DNA from: an uncultured bacterium
Lineage (GTDB): Bacteria > Actinomycetota > Actinomycetes > S36-B12 > CAIKAW01
Length of the DNA: 64,000 bases
Direction of reading: 5' to 3'
Assembly: GCA_903825575.1 (NCBI GenBank)
Contig: CAIKAW010000046.1
Location: forward strand, 12,852 to 76,851
Notes under the pieces: generated by a model
Told to the model about the DNA's origin: nothing
Seen by the model: only the letters and a program-made list of their open reading frames with translations
Databases searched by the model: none
Position numbers and translations under genes: made by a program
In this document: piece by piece, positions 1 to 9,210 of the stretch
How positions within the stretch are numbered: position 1 is the first letter of the stretch
Layout: every line of letters starts with the position of its first letter

Positions 1-89
1 CGAGCTTGAGTTAGGGCGGCGTCTTCGGGCAGCCAGGCATCGGCGTATTCGAGACTGGCCGGGTTCGGTACGGGCGATTGGGTGGCGAT
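1..89 (-). CDS. 5' part of O-methyltransferase (Rv1220c-like), runs off window edge; probable ATC start
   Basis: Minus frame from 89 reads IATQSPVPNPASLEYADAWLPEDAALTQAR, like the N-terminus of the OMT normally divergent from sigE/htrA; GGAGG lies 6 nt upstream of the ATC. Confidence 0.65.
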   Translation of the reverse strand, partial: MATQSPVPNPASLEYADAWLPEDAALTQA

Positions 90-211
90 GACGCACCTCC
101 GGGGCCGGCCCTGGTTAGACGCCAAGGCACGCGGCCGACCCGAGCGGACGACCGTATGCCGAGCCTAGATCAGAAGGCTGCTGGGCGGCACCAAACTCTC
201 ACCCAATGGTG

Positions 212-240
212 CCAGAGTCCGGTCCCAGAGTCCGGTCCCA
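212..240. repeat. 13-bp tandem repeat (CCAGAGTCCGGTC x2 + CCA)
   Basis: Seen directly in the OMT-htrA intergenic region. Confidence 0.85.
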
Positions 241-246
241 GCAGCC

Positions 247-263
247 TCACAGGGTTTTCTCAG
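247..263 (+). promoter_or_regulatory. MprA-type box upstream of htrA
   Basis: TCACAG-GGTTT-TCTCAG matches the mycobacterial MprA direct repeat TCTCAG-N5-TCTCAG with one mismatch. Confidence 0.6.
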
Positions 264-353
264 CCATTAGCCATAGCGTGGAACGTAGGGTGGGCCTGTG
301 GTTAGCCGGACTGTGGCGTCCGGCAGCGTTGGGTGTTGTGACCGGAGGAACAG

Positions 354-1742
354 ATGACTGAGTTTGGATCAACCCCCGAGCAGTCGCCAGACCCCGCCAC
401 GGGCCCGGTAGAGCCAGCGGCACCTGTGGGCGCTGCGGTGCCGGCCAGCCCGGCGATCCCTAGCCCAACTCCGCCCAGCCCGGGCCTCCCGAGTCAGGTG
501 ATCGTGTATCCGCTGCCCGGCGAAGCTGGCGTGGCCGACCCATCCCCGGGCGACCCCGATGCGACGCCGGTGGTCGACCTGCTTGCCGACCCCGAGGTGG
601 CCCCGGGTTCGGTCGCCGAACTGTCGGCCTTCGGTCCTAACTCGCCACGCCGTGGCCGCAGTCGGCTGAACCTGCCGGCCATGATTGTTGTGGCTGCAGT
701 GATCGGATTGCTTGCCGGCCTGCTTGGTGGCTTTGGTGGGTACAAGTTGGCTCAGCGATCGACGTCAAACACGCTTGGGACAATTTCCCTGCCGCAGGTG
801 ACGGCAGGATCATCCAGCCGCGCTTCGGACACAATTGCCGGGATAGCAAAAGCCGTACTTCCTTCTGTGGTTTCTATTCAGGTAAGCAACCCAAACGAAT
901 CGGCGACCGGTTCGGGTTTCGTCATTAGGTCCGATGGCTACATTCTGACCAACAATCACGTCGCCGCCCCGGCCGCGCAGCCTGGCGGCACAATGACGGT
1001 GCAGTTCCAGAACGGGGTCACCAAGCCGGGCACAATCGTCGGTGTCGATCCGTCATACGACCTGGCCGTCGTAAAGGTTGACCTCACCGGACTTTCCGTT
1101 GCCACGCTTGGCAATTCCGATGGGGTGCAGGTAGGTGACACCGCCGTGGCCATCGGGTCGCCGCTCGGGTTGGCCGGCACCGTGACAAGCGGAATCATCA
1201 GCGCGCTGAACCGACCGGTGACTGCTGGTGATAGCGCAACTGGTGCTAGTTCGGCCTTTATCGACGCAATCCAGACCGACGCTGCAATCAACCCCGGCAA
1301 CTCCGGTGGCCCGCTCGTCAATGGGTCGGGCCAGGTCATCGGCGTCAACTCGGCAATTGCTTCGCTCGGCGCGTCGGCTCAGGGTTCCCAGAGCGGCAGC
1401 ATCGGTTTGGGCTTCGCTATTCCGATCAATCAGGCAAAGCGAGTGGCCGAACAACTGATCGCCACAGGCCATTCGACGCACCCGGTGATTGGCGTTTCAC
1501 TCGATCTGGGCTTTAGCGGATCTGGGGCTCGGATCGCCGCCGTCACCCCTGGCGGCCCGGCCGCCAAGGCAGGGCTCCGAGTAGGAAGCATCATCACCGC
1601 GGTCGATGGCAAGGCCATAGCCGACGCGACCGAACTGATTGTGGCCATCCGCAGTCACGTGCCTGGTGACACTCTTACGTTTACGGTTTCCGGTAGCGGT
1701 TCGAGCACTCAGGTGAAGGTGGTGCTCTCAGCCTCGTCGTAG
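354..1742 (+). CDS. htrA: HtrA/DegP-family membrane-anchored serine protease with PDZ domain
   Basis: Pro-rich N-terminus, TM helix, TNNHV / DLAV / GNSGG triad motifs, C-terminal PDZ; GGAGG RBS. Confidence 0.95.
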   Translation: MTEFGSTPEQSPDPATGPVEPAAPVGAAVPASPAIPSPTPPSPGLPSQVIVYPLPGEAGVADPSPGDPDATPVVDLLADPEVAPGSVAELSAFGPNSPRRGRSRLNLPAMIVVAAVIGLLAGLLGGFGGYKLAQRSTSNTLGTISLPQVTAGSSSRASDTIAGIAKAVLPSVVSIQVSNPNESATGSGFVIRSDGYILTNNHVAAPAAQPGGTMTVQFQNGVTKPGTIVGVDPSYDLAVVKVDLTGLSVATLGNSDGVQVGDTAVAIGSPLGLAGTVTSGIISALNRPVTAGDSATGASSAFIDAIQTDAAINPGNSGGPLVNGSGQVIGVNSAIASLGASAQGSQSGSIGLGFAIPINQAKRVAEQLIATGHSTHPVIGVSLDLGFSGSGARIAAVTPGGPAAKAGLRVGSIITAVDGKAIADATELIVAIRSHVPGDTLTFTVSGSGSSTQVKVVLSASS

Positions 1743-1781
1743 GTGCGTAGATTGTCGTAACTGCGCCGGCGGGAGGTGGGC

Positions 1782-2117
1782 ATGTTCGGAGTAAGCGGTT
1801 GGGATCTGATCGTGCTGGGCATTGTTGCCATGGTGCTAGTCGGACCTGAACGGCTGCCGAAAGTCGCAGCCGAGGCCGCCAACTGGGTCCGTCGACTTCG
1901 CGACCTTGCCGACAAGGCCAAGTCAGATCTTGCCGCGACGGTTGGACCTGAGGCTGCCACGTTCGTCGAGGACCTTCGCGGTCTTGCCGACCTGCATCCA
2001 CGCAACATCATCGCCAATGCGCTGGCCGAGCCGACCGTGAAGCCGGTAAGTCCGGCAGCAGGTCCCTCATCTGTTGTTGAGCCCGGGCCGGTCGGGTTCG
2101 ACCCCGACGCGACCTAG
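1782..2117 (+). CDS. tatB: Sec-independent translocase subunit TatB
   Basis: MFGVSGW...VGPERLP, C-terminal FDPDAT; follows htrA; ATG at 1782 fits GGAGG spacing. Confidence 0.92.
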   Translation: MFGVSGWDLIVLGIVAMVLVGPERLPKVAAEAANWVRRLRDLADKAKSDLAATVGPEAATFVEDLRGLADLHPRNIIANALAEPTVKPVSPAAGPSSVVEPGPVGFDPDAT

Positions 2118-3244
2118 TTTCGGGCTGGACTCAGACCTAGCGGTCGTCCGGCTAGGCCTAACGGCCGGCTGCCAATCCGGTCGGCCACGCTGATCAATGC
2201 AAGTGCGGCTGGGGATGTTTGGTCGGCTAGCACCAGCGGCTCACCGCGATCGCCGCCCTCACGAAGTCGGACATCAAACGGGATCTGAGTCAGCAGCGGA
2301 ATGTCGTATCCAAGTTCGGTCGTTAGCGTCTTTGCGACCATCGCTCCGCCGCCGATCCCAAACAGGTCGAGCGGCTCACCACAGTGGGGGCACGGTACCG
2401 AGCTCATGTTTTCGATCACGCCAGTGATGCGCTGTTTCGTGTAGGTCGACATCATTCCGGCGCGAACTGCAACTTCTGCGGCCGCCAGTTGTGGCGTGGT
2501 GACGACGATTACCTCGGCATTTGGCAGTAACTGCGCCACTGACATCGCGATGTCCCCAGTGCCGGGCGGAAGGTCGAGCAGCAGGAAGTCCAGATCGCCC
2601 CACCAAACATCGGTGATGAACTGCTCAAGGAACTTGTGAAGTTTGGGGCCACGGAATGGTGCTGGCTCATTTACGCCGCCTTGCTTGAACGGCAGCAATG
2701 AGATCACTCGAACCCCGTGCGCTTGCGGGGGCATGATCATGCCTTCAACCATGGTCGGCAAACCGGTTGCACCGATCTGTCGGGGGATCGAGTGGCCGTA
2801 GATGTCGGCGTCAAGGACGCCCACCTGCTTGCCGGCGGCGGCAAGAGCAACTGCCAGGTTTGACGTCACAGACGACTTACCGACGCCGCCCTTCCCGGAT
2901 GCAATTGCGTATATGCGCGTGAGAGAACCGGGCTGCGTGAACTGGTTTTCCCTCGCCGGCCCACCCAGTTTGCTGCGCAAGCCGACGCGTTGTTCGTCGG
3001 ACATGACGTCTAGGTCAACCTTGACTGACCGCACCCCTGGAACTTGCCCGACGGCATTGCTAACTCGTTCGGTAATGGTGTCGCGCATCGGGCAACCAGT
3101 CACGGTCAGCCAGACTTCTACGCTCACGTCGCCGTCAGCTGAGATCTGGACGTCCTTGATCATGTCCAATTCGGTGAGCGGCCTATGGATCTCTGGGTCG
3201 TTGACGGTGGCGAGCGCGGCCATGACCGAATCAATGAGGGGCAT
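2114..3244 (-). CDS. mrp: Mrp/ApbC/NBP35 Fe-S cluster carrier ATPase
   Basis: N-terminal DUF59 (DPEI..L..L), SGKGGVGKS, DLPPGTGD, ENMS..CPHC; TAGCAT-N6-ATG leaderless start. Confidence 0.95.
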   Translation of the reverse strand: MPLIDSVMAALATVNDPEIHRPLTELDMIKDVQISADGDVSVEVWLTVTGCPMRDTITERVSNAVGQVPGVRSVKVDLDVMSDEQRVGLRSKLGGPARENQFTQPGSLTRIYAIASGKGGVGKSSVTSNLAVALAAAGKQVGVLDADIYGHSIPRQIGATGLPTMVEGMIMPPQAHGVRVISLLPFKQGGVNEPAPFRGPKLHKFLEQFITDVWWGDLDFLLLDLPPGTGDIAMSVAQLLPNAEVIVVTTPQLAAAEVAVRAGMMSTYTKQRITGVIENMSSVPCPHCGEPLDLFGIGGGAMVAKTLTTELGYDIPLLTQIPFDVRLREGGDRGEPLVLADQTSPAALALISVADRIGSRPLGLAGRPLGLSPARN

Positions 3245-3306
3245 GGCTCGATGCTAGGTGACCCCGCGCTGACGTGCAGTCGGGGCTCCCGCGGTTGGAT
3301 GTCCAG

Positions 3307-4233
3307 ATGGCCAACATTGAGCAGCGAAGCGCAGTGATGGCGCGTCCGCCGGCGAATGATCTTTGGCTCCTTGGCGTTGCCGTTATCGCGATCTCTACCT
3401 CGGGCCCCCTGATCGCAGCGACCACCGCCCCGATCGTTGCGATTGCCGGTTGGCGCTGTGTGCTCGCCGCTGGACTAACTTCGCCGCTGGTCTTCCTGCG
3501 TCGCCGTCAGGAGTTGAGTCGGGCAAATCTGCGCATCTCGCTTAACGCTGTCGGTGCTGGTCTGGCGTTGGCGGTGCACTTCGTGCTCTGGATGTCGAGT
3601 TTGCGCTACACGTCGGTGGCGTCTTCGACTGCGTTAGTGGCTGTCCAACCAGTCTGGGCCGCGATCTTGGCTCGCCGAGCCGGCGGGTTGGTTCCGCGTC
3701 GGGCATGGGTTGGGATCTGGATTGCGATTGCTGGAGTGGTTGTTATCAGCGGAGTCGATTTCAGCGTTTCTGGCCGAGCGCTCTTCGGCGATTCCTTGGC
3801 GCTGGCCGGCGGGGTGTTGTCCGCGGTCTATGTAAGTGTCGGCGAACGGGTGCGGCAGGAACTGAGCACATCTACCTACACGCTTCTTGCCTACTCAAGT
3901 GCTGCGGCGGTGCTCTTTGCCGGCGCGCTTGTGACTGGCGTCCAGCTCTGGGGGTATTCGTCTTCCGATTGGTGGAAGATTCTCGGATTGACCTTGGGCG
4001 CTCAACTGCTGGGGCACACACTCATCGGTCGGGTGCTGTCTACAACGTCCGCGACCGTTACGAGTCTGGCGATCTTGCTGGAAATGCCGGGGGCGACTCT
4101 CGTGGCCGCAGTTTGGTTGCGCCAGTTGCCGCCGTTGGCGTTACTGCCGGCCGCAGCCCTGCTGTTCTCGGGGCTCTGGCTCGTGATCTCCTCGGGTGAT
4201 CGTCAGGTTCTGTTGGAGTCGCCGCCGGGCTGA
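3307..4233 (+). CDS. EamA/DMT family transporter
   Basis: About 10 hydrophobic helices, SLRYTSVASST, GDSLALAG; start uncertain. Confidence 0.85.
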   Translation: MANIEQRSAVMARPPANDLWLLGVAVIAISTSGPLIAATTAPIVAIAGWRCVLAAGLTSPLVFLRRRQELSRANLRISLNAVGAGLALAVHFVLWMSSLRYTSVASSTALVAVQPVWAAILARRAGGLVPRRAWVGIWIAIAGVVVISGVDFSVSGRALFGDSLALAGGVLSAVYVSVGERVRQELSTSTYTLLAYSSAAAVLFAGALVTGVQLWGYSSSDWWKILGLTLGAQLLGHTLIGRVLSTTSATVTSLAILLEMPGATLVAAVWLRQLPPLALLPAAALLFSGLWLVISSGDRQVLLESPPG

Positions 4234-4316
4234 TGTGGTGGTGCGCTCCCACGCGCGCGGGCGGAAGAGCCGCTGGGTAAGGTCTGGGCATTAGCAAAAC
4301 GCGTGGGAGGCCTTCG

Positions 4317-5285
4317 ATGTCGAGTCAGCCGCGGGCACTTCGTCCGCGTCGGTCATGCCTTGCCGTGCCCGGTAGCAGCCCAAAGATGTTGGAAAAAGCT
4401 AAGGGCATGGCGGTTGATCAGGTGTTTCTGGACCTAGAGGACTCGGTTGCGCCACTGGCCAAGCCAGGAGCGCGGGACAACGTGGTTTCGGCCCTAAACG
4501 AGGGCGGCTACGGCGACAAGTTGCGGGTGGTGCGAGTCAACGACTGGACCACTGAGTGGACCTATCGCGACGTTGTGACCGTGGTCGAGGGCGCCGGTGC
4601 GAACCTGGACGCGATCATGTTGCCCAAGGTTCAGACCGCCCAGCAAGTGGTGTCGTTGGATCTGCTGCTGACTCAGATCGAAAAGACGATGGGCTTCGAA
4701 GTTGGGCGCATCGGCATCGAAGCTCAAATCGAGAACGCCCTCGGCCTAGTAAACGTCGACGCAATTGCAGCAGCCAGTCCGCGGGTTGAGGCAATCATCT
4801 TCGGCCCGGCTGACTTCATGGCAAGCATCAACATGAAGTCCTTGGTTGTCGGAGAGCAGCCGCCCGGGTACGACGTGGGAGATGCCTATCACTACATCTT
4901 GATGCGAATTCTGATGGCGGCTCGGGCCTTCGATAAGCAAGCCATTGACGGGCCCTATCTGCAGATTAAGGACATCGACGGATTCCGCCGGGTGGCTGGT
5001 CGGTCGGCTGCGCTGGGATTCGATGGCAAGTGGGTACTGCACCCGAGTCAGGTCGATGCGACCAATGAGATCTTTTCGCCGCGTCAAGATGACTATGACC
5101 ACGCCGAATTGATTCTCGACGCCTACGACTACTACACCTCCGCCGCCGGTGGCGCACGTGGTGCGGTGATGCTCGGCGACGAGATGATCGATGAGGCCTC
5201 GCGCAAGATGGCGCTAGTAGTTTCCGCGAAAGGCCGCGCCGCAGCCATGGTGCGCACCAAGTCGTTCACGCCCCCCGTCGGCTGA
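4317..5285 (+). CDS. CitE/malyl-CoA lyase-like (HpcH/HpaI family) CoA-ester lyase
   Basis: RRSCLAVPG, DLEDSV, RVN, FGPADF, IDGPY, GKWVLHP. Confidence 0.92.
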   Translation: MSSQPRALRPRRSCLAVPGSSPKMLEKAKGMAVDQVFLDLEDSVAPLAKPGARDNVVSALNEGGYGDKLRVVRVNDWTTEWTYRDVVTVVEGAGANLDAIMLPKVQTAQQVVSLDLLLTQIEKTMGFEVGRIGIEAQIENALGLVNVDAIAAASPRVEAIIFGPADFMASINMKSLVVGEQPPGYDVGDAYHYILMRILMAARAFDKQAIDGPYLQIKDIDGFRRVAGRSAALGFDGKWVLHPSQVDATNEIFSPRQDDYDHAELILDAYDYYTSAAGGARGAVMLGDEMIDEASRKMALVVSAKGRAAAMVRTKSFTPPVG

Positions 5286-5306
5286 AGTTCGGACGCAGGA
5301 GAATCC

Positions 5307-6511
5307 ATGGGTCGCTTAGCGCAGACCGAAGGACTTACAGATGTGCAGCAGGAGATTCTTGCTGCGGTGCATGAGTTTGTCGAGAACGAGATCATTCCTG
5401 TTGCCCAGGACCTTGAGCATGCCGATGAGTATCCGGCGGCCATTGTCGAAGGAATGAAGGCAATGGGGATTTTCGGTCTGATGATCCCCGAAGAGTACGG
5501 CGGCCTTGGCGAGTCGCTGCTGACCTATGCGCTGTGCGTTGAAGAGATCGCTCGCGGCTGGATGAGTGTCAGCGGGATCGTCAACACGCACTTCATCGTC
5601 TCTTACATGATCATGCAGCACGGCACGCCTGAGCAGAAGGCCAACTACCTGCCGCGACTTGCTACAGGCGAGTTGCGCGGAGCCTTTTCGATGTCTGAGC
5701 CGCATTGCGGTTCAGATGTTGCCGCCATCAAGAGCAAAGCGGTGCGCGACGGCGAAGAGTTTGTGCTCGACGGACAGAAGATGTGGCTGACTAACGGCGG
5801 CACGTCCTCGTTGGTTGCCGTTCTAGTGCGCACTGACGACGAGAACCCGGATGCCAAGAACGGCTACGGCAAAATGTCGACGTTCCTGATCGAGAAGTCT
5901 CCGGGCTTCGGTGAAGTTCGCCCCGGTCTGAACATTCCGGGCAAGATCGAAAAGATGGGCTACAAGGGTGTCGACACGACCGAAATGATCATGACTGGTT
6001 TGCGACTGCCGGCCGAGACCATTCTGGGTGGCGCAGCGGGCAGGGGGTTCTACCAAATGATGGATGGCGTCGAGGTCGGTCGGGTCAACGTTGCCGCTCG
6101 AGCCTGTGGGTGGCGATCCGGGCTTTCGAATTAGGCGCGGCCTACGCCCAGCAGCGAGTGACCTTTGGCAAGATCATCGCCGAACATCAGGCCGTTTCGT
6201 TCCGACTCGCTGACATGGCGACCAAGGTGGAGGCCGCTCACCAGATGATGATTATGGCGGCGCGCAAGAAGGACTCTGGCGAACGTAACGACCTTGAAGC
6301 AGGAATGGCGAAGTACCTAGCTTCGGAGTACTGCAAAGAGGTTGTTGAGGATTCCTTCCGGATTCACGGCGGCTACGGCTACGCCAAGGAATACGAGATT
6401 GAGCGGCTTTACCGCGAAGCCCCCATGCTCATGATCGGCGAAGGGACCGCCGACATTCAACGCATGATCATCGCCCGGCGCCTGCTCGAGGATTACAAAC
6501 TGCGCGGTTAA
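5307..6511 (+). pseudogene. Acyl-CoA dehydrogenase split by a 1-nt deletion near 6108-6110 (pseudogene or assembly error)
   Basis: ORF 5307-6134 holds the N/middle domains to VAARACG; ORF 6110-6511 continues VAIRAFEL...IHGGYGY...IGEGT; one extra G restores a full-length enzyme. Confidence 0.85.
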
Positions 6512-6912
6512 TCAGGCCAGATTTGCCACGCGTCAAGAGTGGCAAGTAGTTGGTCGCTAGTGGACAACTCCGAAACTGCATCTCGATCAAACCAGCCCGC
6601 CGCCGCAGCGTCGGTGCCCGCAACGGCTGGCGGGAAGGTCTGATCGACGTCCGATACGAAGTAGTCGTTGATCACGTACTGGTCGCCACTTTGCAATGGC
6701 AGACGAACTGAGCCAGCCAACTTCTCGACGTGGACACGTAGGCCGGTCTCTTCGGATACTTCGCGAACGACGGCGCTTGCGTCGTCTTCACCGATTTCAA
6801 CCCGACCCCCTGGCAGCGACCAGCTACCCCGGGCGGGCTCGTTTGCGCGCTGGACCAGAAGAAGCCGCTCGCCGCGCAGGAGAATTGCTCCCACGCACGG
6901 TATTGCGTGCAT
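6508..6912 (-). CDS. NUDIX hydrolase
   Basis: PGGRVEIGE...VVREVSEETG Nudix box; TAATG overlap with upstream gene. Confidence 0.9.
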   Translation of the reverse strand: MHAIPCVGAILLRGERLLLVQRANEPARGSWSLPGGRVEIGEDDASAVVREVSEETGLRVHVEKLAGSVRLPLQSGDQYVINDYFVSDVDQTFPPAVAGTDAAAAGWFDRDAVSELSTSDQLLATLDAWQIWPD

Positions 6913-7775
6913 TACGTGGCTGACCAGAAGTTGTCGAGCAACTCCACCAGAGCGTCGGGGTTCTCAACGGCTGGGCTGTGTCTGGAAGCTGCGATGACTT
7001 CGTATCGCGCGCTAAGTCGCTTGGATGTCTCGCGTTGTTCAACATGCGGCCAGACGTCGTCGTGGACACCGTGCGCGACCATTAGCCGAATCCCTGCCCC
7101 TGCTGCGACGATTGCCAACTCAGCAGTCGTGTCTTCGACGTCGCACAGCAGTCTGCTCATCGCGCGCAGCGCGTAGGGGTTGTTGCCTTCAAATCGAAGT
7201 TTGAGGAACGCGAGTACTTCATCGCTAGGCGTTACAAGGTCGTTTAGCCGATCAGCTGCGAGTTTATGCTCGCCAATTACTTCGATTGGCACCACGGTCA
7301 ATGCCGCGATCAGTGGGCCCAGTTCTGCTTGTTTGTGCGGTGGCAATGGCCCTGGGCCCGAGCAGAGCAAAGTTGCCGACCACACCAGATCCGGCGCCAT
7401 ACTGACAGCTCTGCGGACAACCAATCCGCCTAGCGAGTGTCCAACCAGGTGAACCCGAGTTTCCGGAGCCCAATTTCGGACAAGATCGATGAGACTGGCA
7501 GCCAGTGCGTCGAGGCGATAGGCCGAATCGTCGTCGGGCCCTTTGGATTCATACTGACCGCGCTGATCGATAGCGGCCACCGTCCAACCTGCCGACTTCA
7601 ACGGTGCCAACACTGGCAGGAAGTCCTCTTTGCTTCCGGTGAAACCCGGCACTAGGACGGCAACGCCCTTTGGGTGTTCCGCCGCGACGGCAAGTGCAGC
7701 CAGGAAGCCGCCGGGCACAGCTACCTGAATTGCACTCACGCCAGTAGGAAGATCAAGAAACGGCGGGGTGCTCAC
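6912..7775 (-). CDS. Alpha/beta hydrolase
   Basis: PGFTGSKEDF, GHSLGG nucleophile, HDD and HSP triad residues. Confidence 0.9.
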   Translation of the reverse strand: MSTPPFLDLPTGVSAIQVAVPGGFLAALAVAAEHPKGVAVLVPGFTGSKEDFLPVLAPLKSAGWTVAAIDQRGQYESKGPDDDSAYRLDALAASLIDLVRNWAPETRVHLVGHSLGGLVVRRAVSMAPDLVWSATLLCSGPGPLPPHKQAELGPLIAALTVVPIEVIGEHKLAADRLNDLVTPSDEVLAFLKLRFEGNNPYALRAMSRLLCDVEDTTAELAIVAAGAGIRLMVAHGVHDDVWPHVEQRETSKRLSARYEVIAASRHSPAVENPDALVELLDNFWSAT

Positions 7776-7861
7776 TCGGCAAACCCTAGACGAAGCAGCG
7801 CGTACTCTGGCCCAACTGCGCGTCGCCAGTCGGGGGAGTGCAAGGCCGAAAGGAAGATTGG

Positions 7862-9199
7862 ATGAGCGGGCGGTTGAGGTCGGCTTACGTTGGGGCCGCG
7901 CTTGTCGTGCTGTTCTCGGTCGGCTCCCTTGCCGCCGGCGGCCCGGGGGTAGCGAGTGCCTCCCACGGGAGCGGATTCTTGGCTATCCAAGCGCCGACAG
8001 TGGCCAGTCCCTTCCCGAGTTGTGTGGCGGCAGGGTCTTGCTATACCCCGACTCAGTTTTTGACCGCCTATGACCTAGCGGGTCCGGATGCCAGCCTAGC
8101 CATTGGGACCGGCGCCACAATCGCGCTGATCGATTCCTTCGGCTCGCCGACCATCGCGAAAGATCTTGCGGTATTCGACGCCAAGTTCGGTTTGCCCGCG
8201 CCGCCGAGTCTGAAGATCATCGCTCCGGCCGGGAGGATTCCTAGGTGCTGTTCGACATCGGACATGGCCGGCTGGGCGGGCGAAACGACTTTGGATGTCG
8301 AGTGGGCACACGCGATGGCGCCTGGGGCCCGGATTCTGCTTGTCGAGACTCCTGTGTCGGAGACCGAAGGAACGGCTGGGTTTCCCCAGATCGTGACCGC
8401 CTTGAACTACGTGCTCGATCATAAGCTGGCGAGCGTTATCTCCATGAGCTTCGGTGCGACCGAAGCCACGATCCCCAGCAGCGCTTGGAAATGGCTGCAT
8501 CAGCCGATAATCAAGGCTGTTGCAGATCACGTGACGTTGGTAGCCAGTTCGGGCGACACGGGTGCCACTGATTATCAGTTGAATATGACCGACCTCTACA
8601 CACATTCCGTTGTAGGTTGGCCGGCTTCGGATCCCGGTGTTACTGCGGTAGGCGGCACGTACCTGAAGCTAGGTAGCGATGGAACCCGAATCGCAGCCGA
8701 TGTCCTTTGGAATGATTTGGCGGGCGCTGGCGGCGGGGGACTCTCCCGAGTGTGGGGACGCCCGATGTTCCAAAACGGAGTTAAGGCGATTGTTGGTACC
8801 CACCGCGGATTGCCTGACATCAGCATGAGCGCGGCGGTACAGCCGGGTGGTGTGGTTTTCTACCACTCCTATCCGGGTGATCTGGTCGGCTGGGACGTTG
8901 TTGGTGGAACCAGCGAGTCGGCGCCCCTGTTTGCTGGTTTGGTGGCGCGAGCGGTCGGATTGCGTGCGGGACACACTCCGGTGGGCTTCATTAACTCCTG
9001 GCTCTACGCCTACGCCAAGAATCCGGCGCTAGGAATCATTGATGTGACGCATGGTCGTAATACTTTCGCGTTTCAGAACAGCAATGGCGGTTCGTATCGA
9101 GTGATCGGATTCCCGGCCCGGGTTGGCTATGACCTTGTCAGCGGCTGGGGAACTGTCGACGGCTGGAAGTTCGTGCAGGCGTTGGCGAAGAAGGCCTAG
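7862..9199 (+). CDS. Secreted S53 (sedolisin/kumamolisin-like) peptidase
   Basis: Signal-like N-terminus; ETTLD (Glu/Asp), SSGDTG, GGTSESAP (Ser), GYDLVSGWGT Ca-site. Confidence 0.88.
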   Translation: MSGRLRSAYVGAALVVLFSVGSLAAGGPGVASASHGSGFLAIQAPTVASPFPSCVAAGSCYTPTQFLTAYDLAGPDASLAIGTGATIALIDSFGSPTIAKDLAVFDAKFGLPAPPSLKIIAPAGRIPRCCSTSDMAGWAGETTLDVEWAHAMAPGARILLVETPVSETEGTAGFPQIVTALNYVLDHKLASVISMSFGATEATIPSSAWKWLHQPIIKAVADHVTLVASSGDTGATDYQLNMTDLYTHSVVGWPASDPGVTAVGGTYLKLGSDGTRIAADVLWNDLAGAGGGGLSRVWGRPMFQNGVKAIVGTHRGLPDISMSAAVQPGGVVFYHSYPGDLVGWDVVGGTSESAPLFAGLVARAVGLRAGHTPVGFINSWLYAYAKNPALGIIDVTHGRNTFAFQNSNGGSYRVIGFPARVGYDLVSGWGTVDGWKFVQALAKKA

Positions 9200-9210
9200 G
9201 TCTGCCTAGA

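Noticed and set aside
280-303. GGAAC...GTT SigE/SigH-like promoter before htrA
   Set aside because: Spacer is 16 nt, shorter than the usual 17-18; not supportable without TSS data
6100-6134. Programmed ribosomal frameshift in the ACAD
   Set aside because: No X XXY YYZ slippery heptamer or stimulatory structure seen; a simple indel is more parsimonious
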